From: an uncultured Chloroflexia bacterium
GTDB lineage: Bacteria; Chloroflexota; Anaerolineae; B4-G1; SLSP01
Direction of reading: 5' to 3'
NCBI GenBank assembly: GCA_963751345.1
Contig: CAVVUS010000043.1
Location: 32,001 to 96,000, forward strand
Length of the DNA: 64,000 nt
Shown here: positions 21,104-31,433 of the stretch, piece after piece
How the letters are laid out: each line of letters starts with the position of its first letter
How positions within the stretch are numbered: position 1 is the first letter of the stretch
Notes under the pieces: model-generated
Told to the model about the DNA's origin: nothing
Database searches by the model: none
Seen by the model: only the letters and a program-made list of their open reading frames with translations
Position numbers and translations under genes: made by a program

Positions 21104-22163
21104 CTATTCTTCGGAGTCCCCGACAATGCCGCCGCCGAGCAGCGACTGAAGCGTCCGCGAGAATAGACCCCTCTGCGTCATCGACTGCGGCCCAAGCTGC
21201 CAGGAACGCGTCTGGCTCTGCAGCATCCAGGTCGCCCTGGCCTCACCGGCAGCGGCGAACTGAGCTTCCAATGTGGCAGCATCGCCACTCGCTACCGCCG
21301 CTCGAAGCTGGGCCAGTCGGGTCGCCACCTCGTCGATCCCTCGCAGCACCGTCTCCCGACCAAGCAACGCACACATCCGCTGCGACTCAATATCACCCGA
21401 AACCCCCGCCGTTGCCGTGGCAAACTCACGCCCCGCCGCCTTGCGGACCTCTTCCCATCCCGGGCGCTTCCGAGGTGGCCTGGACAAGCGAGATCGCCAT
21501 CAATGCCGGAACGGTCCCGGCGATCAAACGCACCGCATCGTGCTCGGCTGGGTCCATAAACAGGGGTGTGGCGCCCAGGACCAATGCCAGGTTGGCAATC
21601 GTCCGAACCGCACTCGGATGATCCTGCGCCCGGGCCGCGATCGCGTAGACGGCCTCGTGGAAAAGCTTCTCGCTGGCGTCATCCAGCCCGCGTAGCGGCT
21701 CCCAGCCGCCCACTCCCGGCGCCAGAAAAGGGTCGCCGCCCACGTAGTGGACACTCGAAGGCAGCGCTGACTGCGCCCAGGTAATGGCAGGTCCCTTCAA
21801 CGGCCCAACGTCGGTGACCACCACATCATGACCCGGCTCCAGGAGTCGCCCTACATCCTGCAAGACCTCCCGCAGCGCCGAAAGCGGCACGGCCAGGATG
21901 ACCAATTGGGCACCTCTCAGGGCGACGTCGAGGTTGACCGGCGTCGCATCGAATGCCCCCATCTTCTGCGCCTGGCGCGCACGCCCCATATCCCGGTCAT
22001 GCCCGACCACCTCCAGGTGGTCGGCATCCCGAGAGTGTCGCAGGGCCAACCCAATGGAGGTCCCGATACAGCCGGTCCCCACAATCGTGATTCGCTGGCG
22101 CCCGCCAGGCTGCTGGCGCCCGCCAGGCCCTGGCACGCGCCCGCGTGTTCGTGTCTCGGCCAT
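21104..22163 (-). CDS. Prephenate/arogenate dehydrogenase-like protein (frameshift near 21460)
   Basis: GTGCIGTS, ILAVP, VTDVGPLK, PAEHD; both ORF halves join by removing one G. Confidence 0.75.
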
Positions 22164-22217
22164 GGTTCGGCTCGTTCCCTCAGACTATGTGTTCGTGGTC
22201 AGCCGACCACCACAATA

Positions 22218-22758
22218 CTAAACTGCACTCTCGTCCGCCATCTGGAGCGCTTCTAACAGGGGATCGGCGCCAGTGCCCGCGGGGTCATGGTGCTGTCGAA
22301 TCAGGGCCACGGTTTGGGCCGCAGGCGCCGGCTTCGAGCCGCCAATTCAGCCCCCCAAGCCATATGATACTGCCGTACGACAAAACCGCGGCGTATCCCC
22401 TTGACGTCGGCGGAGCTGGCCCCAAGGCTTCAGCCCACTTCGGAAAGAGGTGTTCCACAAGACCACCAGCACGCGCTCCCACAAGCGAGGCGGAGCGACG
22501 GTCTTGCCCACGTCGTGCAGCAACGCCGCGACGAGCAAGTTGGAATCGGCGTATCCCTGGCGCTCCAGGGCTTGGCATACACGTAAGCCGTGGCGTTGCT
22601 CGAACCGCGGCATCGTGCGAAAGAGCTGAAGCAAGGCTATCGGGTCTTCTGTCTGGCTGAGATGCGACGAAACGTAGGAGATGTCGACGGGCTCGAACCG
22701 TCGCTCGCACCGCGCCCGCGAACTGAGCCACACGATACCGGGCGCGCTCTATGGCCAT
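22218..22758 (-). CDS. HD domain protein (several frameshifts)
   Basis: EQRHGLRV...AALLHDVGK...IRQHHD...LQMAD pieced together across frames; stop at 22218. Confidence 0.65.
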
Positions 22759-22762
22759 CCCC

Positions 22763-23408
22763 TCACGACAGAATGATGCGATACAGGAACTGTTGAAGAG
22801 GGTACACCAACAGCCCGACCAGATTCACCCCTAACTGCGGCAGTATGAAGAGCACTGCGATCAGGATGTAGATCGCATAGGGCTCCATGCTTTCGATGAA
22901 AGTCCCCAACGCGCGGTGGCGCCACGCCGGCCAGCACCCGGGATCCATCGAGGGGCGGGATAGGCAGCAGATTGAAGGCGGCGAGGCCGATATTGACCTG
23001 AATAGCCGCGAACAGGACCTGCGCCAGCCGAAGGCCCTGGCTGGAGCCGAGCGCACCCAGCAAGCCAAGACGAATGGGAATCACCAGAACCATCGCCTGG
23101 ACGATGTTCGAGACAGGGCCCGCCAGGGCCGAAAGCGCCATCCCCAGCCGCGGGTTCCGCACTCTGTGCATCCGGTAAGGGTTGACCCTCGCCGCGCGCC
23201 CCCACCCAAACCCGGTAAGCAGAATCGCAAGCGTGCCGATGGGATCGAGATGCACGAACGGATTCAGCGAAAGCCGGCCCTGCATCTCAGGCGTCTCATC
23301 GCCCAGCAGATGCGCGACCCATCCGTGCGCCCATTCGTGAATGGGAATACCGAGAAAGATGACCAGAAGACGACCAAGTAGAACATCCGCAGTGATCCCC
23401 AATAGCAT
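22763..23408 (-). CDS. Site-2 protease (peptidase M50; frameshift near 22900)
   Basis: HEWAH, GRLSLNP, LAGPVSN, FNLLPIPPLDG. Confidence 0.9.
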
Positions 23409-23590
23409 GGCGCTGTATCTCCATTAAGTAGCTCCTACCTCGTCGTTGCTACGGCAACAGGCGCAGCGCAGGAGCCCGTATGTAACCTCATTGTGTCACA
23501 TAATCAAGGTTTTTCAACATTCGTGCTATAATCCCGCCACAGCGTCCATTTCTATTGGATCAAGGACGCACAGCGTTAGGAGTTGAATCA

Positions 23591-24600
23591 ATGAAACTCG
23601 TGATCCCAATGGCAGGATTGGGAACGCGGATGCGCCCACATACGTGGTCGCGTCCCAAGCCGCTACTACCCGTAGCCGGCCGCCCGATGCTTGCTCACAT
23701 TCTGGAGCGCTTTCGAGATCAACCTATCGACCAGTACGTGTTCGTGGTCGGTTGGCTTGCCGATCAGGTCCGGGAGTACGTCAACACCCATTACGATGTG
23801 CCGGCAGCCTTCGTCAACCAGGACAAGATGCTGGGGCAGGCCCATGCCATCTGGTTAGCAAGGGAACACCTCGAAGGCCCTCTCTTCCTCATGTTTGTCG
23901 ACACGCTTTTCGACGACGCCGACTTCTCAGGCCTGGATCAGGAAGGTCTGGACGGTATGATCTTCACCAAGGAGGTGGAGGACCCCAGGCGCTTTGGCGT
24001 GGTTGAGACGGACAGCGAGGGACGCGCAACAAAGCTTATCGAGAAGCCGGATACCGTGGAAAACAAGACGGTGTTGATGGGGCTCTACTACTTCCGCGAT
24101 GGGGCTTGGTTGGCCCGAGCGTGCAAGGAGCTGATGGACCGCCAGATCAAGACAAAGGGCGAATACTATCTGGCAGACGCGGTCACCTTGATGATCCAGG
24201 AAGGCGCCAATTTCGGGACCCGACCGGTTGGCGTATGGAAGGACACCGGGAAGCCTGAGACGACCGTTCGACACGCACCGCTACCTGCTCGACCACGGGT
24301 GCGATAACAGCTACATGACGCCGCGCCCCGGCGTCGCCATTATCCCCCCCGTCTTCATCCACCCGCAGGCCATCGTCGAGCGATCGGTCATCGGCCCCTA
24401 CGTGTCGGTAGAGAAGGACGCCAGTGATCCGTGACAGTGTGCTGCGGGACACCCTCATTGACGAGGGTGCGCTACTGGATGCAATGACACTGGAAATGTC
24501 CATCGTGGGGCGTTGGGTCAAGCTGGACGGGAGATTCCAGACGCTCAATGTGGGAGATTCTTCTACAATGGAAGCCATATCTGACGAGGAGCAAGACTGA
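23591..24600 (+). CDS. Sugar-phosphate nucleotidyltransferase (two frameshifts)
   Basis: IPMAGLGTRMRPHT...PKPL, EDPRRFGV, EKP, GEYYL; hexapeptide-like C-terminus. Confidence 0.85.
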
Positions 24601-24602
24601 CC

Positions 24603-25772
24603 ATGCCAACTACACCTTACGCATCGAAGAGAGCCCTGCAGATCCCGCCGTCCGGCATTCGCAAGTTCTTCGACATCGCGGCAACGATGAAGGACGTGAT
24701 CAGCCTCGGAATCGGTGAGCCGGACTTCGACACACCCGAGCCTATCGTCCAGGCCGGCATCGAGGCGCTGCAGCGTGGGGAGACCCACTACACGTCAAAC
24801 TCCGGATTGCTGGAACTACGTGAGGCCCTTGCAGCGCATCTCAACACCCTGTATGGCGTCACCTATGATCCGGGACAGGAGATCCTGGTGACCGTTGGCG
24901 TCTCCGAAGCGCTCTATCTCGCCATGGCTGCCGTATTGGACCCTGGCGACGAGATCATTATCGCGGAACCCTGCTTCGTCGCCTATGAACCAACGGCATT
25001 GATGGTGGATGCCACGCCGGTCATGATTCCCACGACGGCCGAGGACAATTTCCAACTTACGGCCGAAGCCATCGAAAAAGCCGTCACACCGCACACCAAG
25101 GCCCTGCTACTGGCCTCGCCGAACAATCCCACCGGCGCCGTCATTGAGCGCGAGCAACTCGAGCGCATCGCCGAGGTCGTAGCCAAGCATGACCTCATCG
25201 TCATCTCCGATGAGATTTACGATCGGCTGGTCTACGGGATCGAGCACGTCTGCTTCGCCAGCCTGCCCGGGATGTGGGAACGCACCATCGTGCTTCAGGG
25301 CTTCTCCAAGGACTATGCGATGACGGGCTGGCGGGTGGGGTATCTGGCAGCGCCCGCAGCGTTGGCGGCCGAGATTCGCAAGCTTCACCAGTATCTCATT
25401 ATGTCCGCCCCCACGGCCTCCCAGTGGGCCGCTTTGAAGGCCCTGGAGATCGGCGAACCCTTCGTAGCCGCTATGCGCGCGGAGTACGATCGGCGACGGC
25501 AGTTGATCGTGGGCGGGCTCAACGACCTGGGGATGGGATGCACGGAGCCTCACGGGGCCTTCTATGCCTTCCCCTGCGTCGAAGCGGCCGGCATGGATGA
25601 CGAGATGTTTGCCGAGCGCCTCTTGGCGGAAGAGCAGATCGCGGTCATCCCAGGAAGAGCTTTTGGTGCCTCGGGCAAGGGCTACGTCAGGATGTCGTAC
25701 GCCACCGCCTACGAGAAGATCGAGATCGCCCTGGAGCGCATCGGTCGCTTCGTCCAACGACACGGCGGGTAG
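24603..25772 (+). CDS. Class I/II PLP-dependent aminotransferase
   Basis: SLGIGEPDF, SPNNPTG, SDEIY, GFSKDYAMTGWRVG. Confidence 0.93.
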   Translation: MPTTPYASKRALQIPPSGIRKFFDIAATMKDVISLGIGEPDFDTPEPIVQAGIEALQRGETHYTSNSGLLELREALAAHLNTLYGVTYDPGQEILVTVGVSEALYLAMAAVLDPGDEIIIAEPCFVAYEPTALMVDATPVMIPTTAEDNFQLTAEAIEKAVTPHTKALLLASPNNPTGAVIEREQLERIAEVVAKHDLIVISDEIYDRLVYGIEHVCFASLPGMWERTIVLQGFSKDYAMTGWRVGYLAAPAALAAEIRKLHQYLIMSAPTASQWAALKALEIGEPFVAAMRAEYDRRRQLIVGGLNDLGMGCTEPHGAFYAFPCVEAAGMDDEMFAERLLAEEQIAVIPGRAFGASGKGYVRMSYATAYEKIEIALERIGRFVQRHGG

Positions 25773-25809
25773 CATCTCCGGTCCCCAAAGGACGCAGGAC
25801 GGCTTTCAC

Positions 25810-26046
25810 TCATCGCGCCCAATCAGATAGTCGGAAAGCCTGAGGATAAGCCATATCGCGATGACCATCACAACGCCGGGGACCAAACAGATCAACGCCG
25901 TGATCAGCGACGACCATCCGTAGATCAGAGCCGATAAGGACGCCACCGCCGACCAGGAAGACGAGGACCATGCCAAAGATGAGATTTCGCTCGGCCCGCC
26001 GCCTCACTTTGCGCATATCGGTCGGTTGATTGTGCCAGCCGCCCAT
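25810..26046 (-). CDS. Small hypothetical membrane protein (possibly frameshifted)
   Basis: GGAGAGAGGA RBS; basic N-terminus followed by a hydrophobic helix. Confidence 0.5.
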   Translation of the reverse strand: MGGWHNQPTDMRKVRRRAERNLIFGMVLVFLVGGGVLIGSDLRMVVADHGVDLFGPRRCDGHRDMAYPQAFRLSDWAR

Positions 26047-26076
26047 CAGGTCCTCTCTCCATCAGCATTCCTGAGA

Positions 26077-26110
26077 TACCGATCCCCCCGGATATACTGG
26101 GGGGATCGGT
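26077..26110 (-). terminator. Stem-loop downstream of the baeRF gene
   Basis: ACCGATCCCCCC / GGGGGGATCGGT inverted repeat. Confidence 0.6.
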
Positions 26111-26137
26111 TGCTGACTTAGTTCATCCGGAGGACGG

Positions 26138-27243
26138 TCAGTAGCGCAGGAGCGCGCCAATCCGGGCGTCCTCCATCTTCTCTTCGTCGACGACCTCGAC
26201 ATTACCACCCTTGTCCACAACCTGTGTGACCACAGCTTCGACGGCATCAGGGATCTCGGTAAACTCGCTGCCGCAGAAGAGACACTTATCCAACTGCTGC
26301 GTGGTCAGATAGCCACAGCCTGTGCATTGATAGCCGGGCTGATGGTAGTCACGCTCGACCAGCAAGACCTGCACCCGGCCCTCATTTGCCATACTGAGAG
26401 TCTCATCCAGCCCAACCACGCCGTTCATCCCTTTGGCTGCGGACGTCACCACAGTATCGACGACCTTCTGGTGGCGCTCGTCTTCCAGACCCTCTCAGAA
26501 TACGATGGGCGTGCTCGCGAACCTCGGACTCCCCCGCGTCGATGTCAGACGGGAAAGTTCCCACCACGAGATCACGCAGGGAGCCCGGCAGTACGTCCAT
26601 AAACTGGGCGACCGTGGATTCCGAGCCGGCCAGGATGATCTGTCGGGGCTGATGCTTCTGACAGTAGTCAGCCAGATCCGCAGCGATATCCTTCAGGTTG
26701 CGCTGAACCAGCTCGGCTTCGCGCCGACCTGAAGCCTGTGACCCGCCACGCATCCCGTGAACCGACGACCCCCGTCCCATTCGTGTCCTTCGAACGTCCT
26801 CTCCTTCAACCCCTTCGTGGTTGACCAACTCCCCCATCTGAAACGTGTAGAATGCCCCTGCGTGTCGATCCACTACAGCCACGACATAAGTGACCGTAGA
26901 GCCCGTCAAGCTCGACCAGCGGGGAAATGTAAGGCCGCCGTGCGACAGTGACCCCTGAACGTACCGAAAAAGCAAGCGGGTAGGCGTACCATGTGTCCTC
27001 TACCGCTCGCGAGAAAATCGCCAGGCCCCGACCTGACCAGTCGTAATCGTATTCAACGTACCGTTTGACCGCCTCGATATCCTCGGAGTCCACTTTCCCG
27101 CTCACTTGCTTGAGCAACTCGCGAAGCTTGAGCTTGTACTCCTCGGCCGTACGCTGTGTCGGGTCGACGTTCAGGTACACACTTAGTATTGGTCCTTCCG
27201 TTTGGACGGAAGCCAATTCCTTCAGCGCCCCTTCGTCAAACAT
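26138..27243 (-). CDS. Bacterial archaeo-eukaryotic release factor (baeRF/VLRF1-like) protein (two frameshifts)
   Basis: LSVYLNVDP N-domain, GLAIF, RGGSQ loop, IILAG, eRF1 domain 3 (GLDETL...GIGALLRY-like RIGALLRY) with CxxC-CxxC ribbon. Confidence 0.82.
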
Positions 27244-27513
27244 AGTTACATCCTCCCATAGGTAGTTTTCCAACTCTGTAAGTCCACATTGTCGAGAGCC
27301 CGTTCTCCCGATAATACCTCCCTTGATGAACAGTTTTCGGTTTCCACTACCCGGTCAACGTTGCATTTCTGCGCCCTTTGGACGCTGTAAGGCCTATAAA
27401 ACGCAGACTGCGGGTAAGCTTTTCAGCCGCCCCGCAGTCCCAGAATATTCGCCTGTGAGAAATGTGCCTGATGCTGTTCGCATACGCCACCCTCAATCCA
27501 GGGATTTGCCTAC

Positions 27514-27542
27514 ATTCTACGGACGTAGGGACCGGTTGTCAA
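27514..27542 (-). promoter_or_regulatory. Sigma70-type promoter upstream of baeRF
   Basis: TTGACA-17 bp-TAGAAT on the minus strand. Confidence 0.7.
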
Positions 27543-27566
27543 GATGACTTATATCCCGCCGGGCGC

Positions 27567-29454
27567 TCAAAGCCCCTGCTCAGACCCTGCCGACGAAGCC
27601 GCAACCTGCTCCAGCAGCGACTGGATGCGCGGCACCATCTGCGCCGGGTTCGGATGGAGACCCTCCAGCAGCAGCAGATTCTCAAACAACTGCTCGATCG
27701 CCAGATCGACCAACGCGTCTGACGCCGGTTTCTCTACCAGCTTGCCCAGGTTGCGGATCAAAGGATGTCCCCGGTTGATCTCCAGGATCTTCGCCGGGAC
27801 CTCGTAATTCTCCTCAAGCATGCGGCGCACCCGCTCCATGTCCCGTTCCACTCCCCCCTCCGCCGAGACGAGCCGGCAAGGGCTCCCCTTCAGCACCTTG
27901 GACTCCCTGACGTCCGCGACCCGGTCGCCCGAGGACGTTCTTGAACCGGACAATGAGCTTGCCGAACAGCTCAGGACCCAACTCCGGCGTCGAAGGTTCC
28001 TTCTCCTCCTCGCCAGCCTCCGGGAGATTCAAATCCGGATCGTCCACGTTGGAGAGCGGCTTGCCGTCAAACTCTCGCAGGCTCTGGACCATAAACGCGT
28101 CCATTGGATCGACCAGGTAGAGCACCTCCAGGTCGTTGGCTCGCAGGGCATCCAGGTGAGGACTGCTCTCCACGGACGCCATGCTGTCACCCAACAGGTA
28201 GTAAATGCCGGCCTGGTTCTCCTGCATACGCCCGACGTAGTCCGCGAGCGACACCAGCTCGCCGTCGGACTTTGACGTTGGGAATCTCAGCAGCGGGAGC
28301 AGATCGTCGCGGCCCGCAAAGTCGGTCGCCACTCCCTCCTTGATGAACGGGCCCCACGCCTCCCAGAAGATCTTGTAGTCCTCGGGATTCTCCTCACCGA
28401 GCTCCTGGATCGTCTTGAGCAGCCGGGTGCGCAGCGCGCGCTTGATGTGGCCGATCGCACGGCTGGTCTGAACCGTCTCGCGCGCGACGTTGAGCGGGAT
28501 GTCTGCCGAATCGACCACGCCCTCTACAAATCGCAGATATTCGGGCAGCAGTTCCTTGTTATGCTCCTGGATGAGGATCTTGCGCGAATAGAGCTTCAAT
28601 CCGTAATCCACCCGGGTGCGCAGAATTCCGTGGTCCCGGTCGCGGGGGACGTAGAGGATGCTCCGTATCTCAACCGGGGAATCGGACACGATGTGGACGT
28701 GAAGCAGCGGGTCCCCAAGGCCCATGGACAACTGCCGGTAGAAGTCGTTGTACGCCGCCTCGTCGACCTGGCTCGCCGGGAGACGCCAGATCGCCGTCTG
28801 CTGGTTGGCCACGGTCTCGCGCACGTAGATGGGGAAGGAGACGTAGTTAGAGTGTGTCTTGACGATCTGCTCCAGCCGCCACGACGACGTATACTCCTTG
28901 GCATCCTCCTTGAGCGTGATCTCGATGGTAGTGCCGCGTTCCGCCTTCTCGGCCGGGCTGAGACGATAGGTGCTGTCGCCTGTCGAGGTCCAGGTCCACG
29001 CCTCCGCATCCGGCAGGTAGGACCGCGAGGTCACACGTACCTCGTCGGCGACCATAAAGACCGCGTAGAATCCCACGCCGAACTGGCCGATAACGTCGTC
29101 GAGCTTCTGGCCCTCCTCAAGTGTCTTGAGAAACGCCATCGCGCCGGAATGTGCGATCGTGCCCAGGTTCTCAACCAACTCGTCGCGCGTCATCCCGATG
29201 CCGGTATCCGATATCGTCAGGGTGTTGGCCTCGTCGTCGCCGTCAACGTGGATGGCGAGCTCGACCTCAGGATCCAGCACGTCGTGGTTCGTCAACATAA
29301 CGAACTGGACGCGATGCAGTGCATCCGACGCATTCGAGATCAGCTCGCGCAAGAAGATGTCTCGCTCCTTGTAGAGAGAATGAGACAGGATCCGCAACAA
29401 CTGCTGGACCTCGGCCTTGAACTCCATCGATTCCGTTTTCTGCTCTTCAGCCAT
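27567..29454 (-). CDS. htpG: Molecular chaperone HtpG (Hsp90; frameshift near 27930)
   Basis: IFLRELISNASDA, DTGIGMT, IGQFGVGFY, LPEYLRFVEGVVDS, ILEINRGHPLI. Confidence 0.96.
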
Positions 29455-29713
29455 GCGTCGTCCTCCTGATCAAGCTATACAACCTATGCTCCATGATACG
29501 CGACGATGATTAGAACGGGATTAGAGTTTCGTTAGCGAGACGATGATCACAGCACTATCTCGCTCTAACACCGAACTTACGTGTTTCTTATGCGCCGCCT
29601 ATCTGGCTCTAATCTCCATGCGCTACACTGGGGTCATCAGTTAAGTCAGAGAGTACATGGCTTATGGAAAAACAGTATGACAGAGAAGAGACCTTTACAA
29701 AGGAGGCCAGAAC

Positions 29714-30157
29714 ATGTTGAGCAATCCATTCGACACCAGGTCGAGTAACCGTGAGATGGAGCGGCTGCGCCGCGAGATGACCCAGCTCTTCGAGCAACTG
29801 GATCGCGGTCCCCGCCTGAACGTAGCGGCCACCTATCCGGCGATGAACGTCTGGACCAACGACGATGGCGCGGTCGTCACCGCGGAACTTCCGGGAATGG
29901 ACGCCGACGATCTCGAGATCTCCGTTCAGGGCGACACACTATCGCTCCGGGGCAACCGTCCGGCGGAGGACGTGAATGAGGACGTGACCTTCCATCGACG
30001 CGAGCGAGGATCGGGCCGGTTCCAGCGAGCCTTCCAGTTGCCCTTCACCGTCGAGGCAAGCAAGGTCGAGGCCACCTACAAGAAAGGCGTGCTTTGGGTC
30101 TTCTTGCCGCGCGCCGAAGCTGACAAACCAAGGAAGATCGAGGTCAGGTCCGCCTGA
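29714..30157 (+). CDS. Hsp20/alpha-crystallin family protein
   Basis: AELPG, RERGSGRFQR, ATYKKGVL, RKIEV. Confidence 0.93.
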   Translation: MLSNPFDTRSSNREMERLRREMTQLFEQLDRGPRLNVAATYPAMNVWTNDDGAVVTAELPGMDADDLEISVQGDTLSLRGNRPAEDVNEDVTFHRRERGSGRFQRAFQLPFTVEASKVEATYKKGVLWVFLPRAEADKPRKIEVRSA

Positions 30158-30205
30158 CACAACAGAAACGATTGAGCGCGCATAGCGCCCAGAGGAGGTA
30201 ACACC

Positions 30206-30616
30206 ATGGCAGACTCACAGGAAATTCAGGTCCAGGAAGCTGAGAAGCAAGAAGTGGTAGAAAGCGGAGTTGAGCGAACCCGCGCGCAGCGGGCCTTTGT
30301 GCCCCGCGTGGATATCTACGAGACCGAAGATGCAATTGCGGTCATGGCCGATATGCCGGGGGTGGACGCCGAATCGCTGGATATCTCGCTGGAGCAGAGC
30401 GTGCTGACGATCAACGGCTTGGTCGACCCCACGCCGCCCGAGGGCTATGCGCTGGCCTATGCCGAATACCGCACGGGCGATTACGTGCGCAGCTTCACGC
30501 TCTCCAACCAGATCGACCAGAGCGCCATTGAAGCTTCGATCAAGGACGGCGTGCTCCGGCTCCACCTACCCAAGGTGAGGCCCACGACCAAGAAGATCAC
30601 CGTTTCGGCGGCGTAA
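30206..30616 (+). CDS. Hsp20/alpha-crystallin family protein
   Basis: PRVDIYE, ADMPGV, RSFTL, KDGVLRLHLPK. Confidence 0.93.
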   Translation: MADSQEIQVQEAEKQEVVESGVERTRAQRAFVPRVDIYETEDAIAVMADMPGVDAESLDISLEQSVLTINGLVDPTPPEGYALAYAEYRTGDYVRSFTLSNQIDQSAIEASIKDGVLRLHLPKVRPTTKKITVSAA

Positions 30617-30708
30617 GGAACTCAAGGGATTAGGGGCTGGCGATCGGGGATTAGGCCGGAAACATCTGGCCCAATCCCTGGTTCTTGTCCAACCCCTTGT
30701 CACCTTGC

Positions 30709-30737
30709 TTGACGCTTTTTTGGGTTGCGGGTATAAT
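30709..30737 (+). promoter_or_regulatory. Sigma70 promoter of tRNA-Asn
   Basis: TTGACG-17 bp-TATAAT. Confidence 0.85.
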
Positions 30738-30755
30738 GCGACGCGTAGCAGGTAA

Positions 30756-30828
30756 TCCTCGGTAGCTCAATTGGCAGAGCGACCGGCTGTTAACCGGTTG
30801 GTTGCTGGTTCGAGTCCAGCCCGAGGAG
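30756..30828 (+). tRNA. tRNA-Asn (GTT); CCA end not fully encoded
   Basis: Cloverleaf with acceptor TCCTCGG/CCGAGGA, anticodon arm ACCGG-CTGTTAA-CCGGT, T loop GTTCGAG. Confidence 0.97.
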
Positions 30829-30837
30829 CCTGAAGCG

Positions 30838-30877
30838 AAGGGGGGCGCCACGTGACGACGTGGCGCCCCCCCTTTTT
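30838..30877 (+). terminator. Intrinsic terminator of tRNA-Asn
   Basis: GGGGGGCGCCACGT-gacg-ACGTGGCGCCCCCC followed by a T run. Confidence 0.9.
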
Positions 30878-30970
30878 GTGTCGTAGGCAGGGTCCCCTTT
30901 GCGACCGCTAGTGGTTGAGAGGAACCAAGGCCGCGTCACAGCGTTTAGGGTTGCCGGATCAGAATTAAGA

Positions 30971-31003
30971 GGTATTATTGTCTATAAAATAGATAATAAT
31001 ACC
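30971..31003. promoter_or_regulatory. AT-rich palindromic operator candidate
   Basis: GGTATTATTGTCTAT-aaa-ATAGATAATAATACC (14/15 arm match), 32 bp upstream of the YrdB start. Confidence 0.6.
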
Positions 31004-31035
31004 GTCTGAGCATCGAGTAGAAGGCTGGTACTCCA

Positions 31036-31416
31036 GTGGCATCGAGACTGAAGTGGATCAACCTGGCTCTAAGAAGCCTTATGGAGACAGGCATCGTTGC
31101 CGCCTTCGCCTACTGGGGATTCCACACTGGCCAAGGACTCGGCACCAAGGTCCTGTTTGGCGTGGGCGCTCCCCTGGTCGGCTTTGGAGTCTGGGGCACC
31201 GTCGATTTCCACAGGTCAGGTAAGTTATCTGAACCCCTCCGCCTGATCGAAGAACTGATCATCTCCGGGCTAGCCGCCGTTGCCCTATACACATCCGGAC
31301 AGTATGTTCTTGGCTGGACCCTCGGCGCGCTCTCAATCGTCTATCACGCCTTGGTGTACGCGTCAGGTGGATCGCTGCTCAAGTCGCAGGCTGTTTCACC
31401 GGCTCACCTAAGGTAG
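31036..31416 (+). CDS. YrdB family (DUF2568) membrane protein
   Basis: NLALRxLxE...YWGF...AP...VWG...LRLxxEL pattern. Confidence 0.75.
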   Translation: MASRLKWINLALRSLMETGIVAAFAYWGFHTGQGLGTKVLFGVGAPLVGFGVWGTVDFHRSGKLSEPLRLIEELIISGLAAVALYTSGQYVLGWTLGALSIVYHALVYASGGSLLKSQAVSPAHLR

Positions 31417-31433
31417 AAGAAAGGAAACGCACG

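Noticed and set aside
22094-22128. 17-bp tandem repeat in the 5' end of the tyrA-like gene
   Set aside because: Two copies only, in frame (PGGRQ twice) in a low-complexity extension; not CRISPR-like
29455-29713. CIRCE element at the heat-shock genes
   Set aside because: No TTAGCACTC-N9-GAGTGCTAA; only short partial matches
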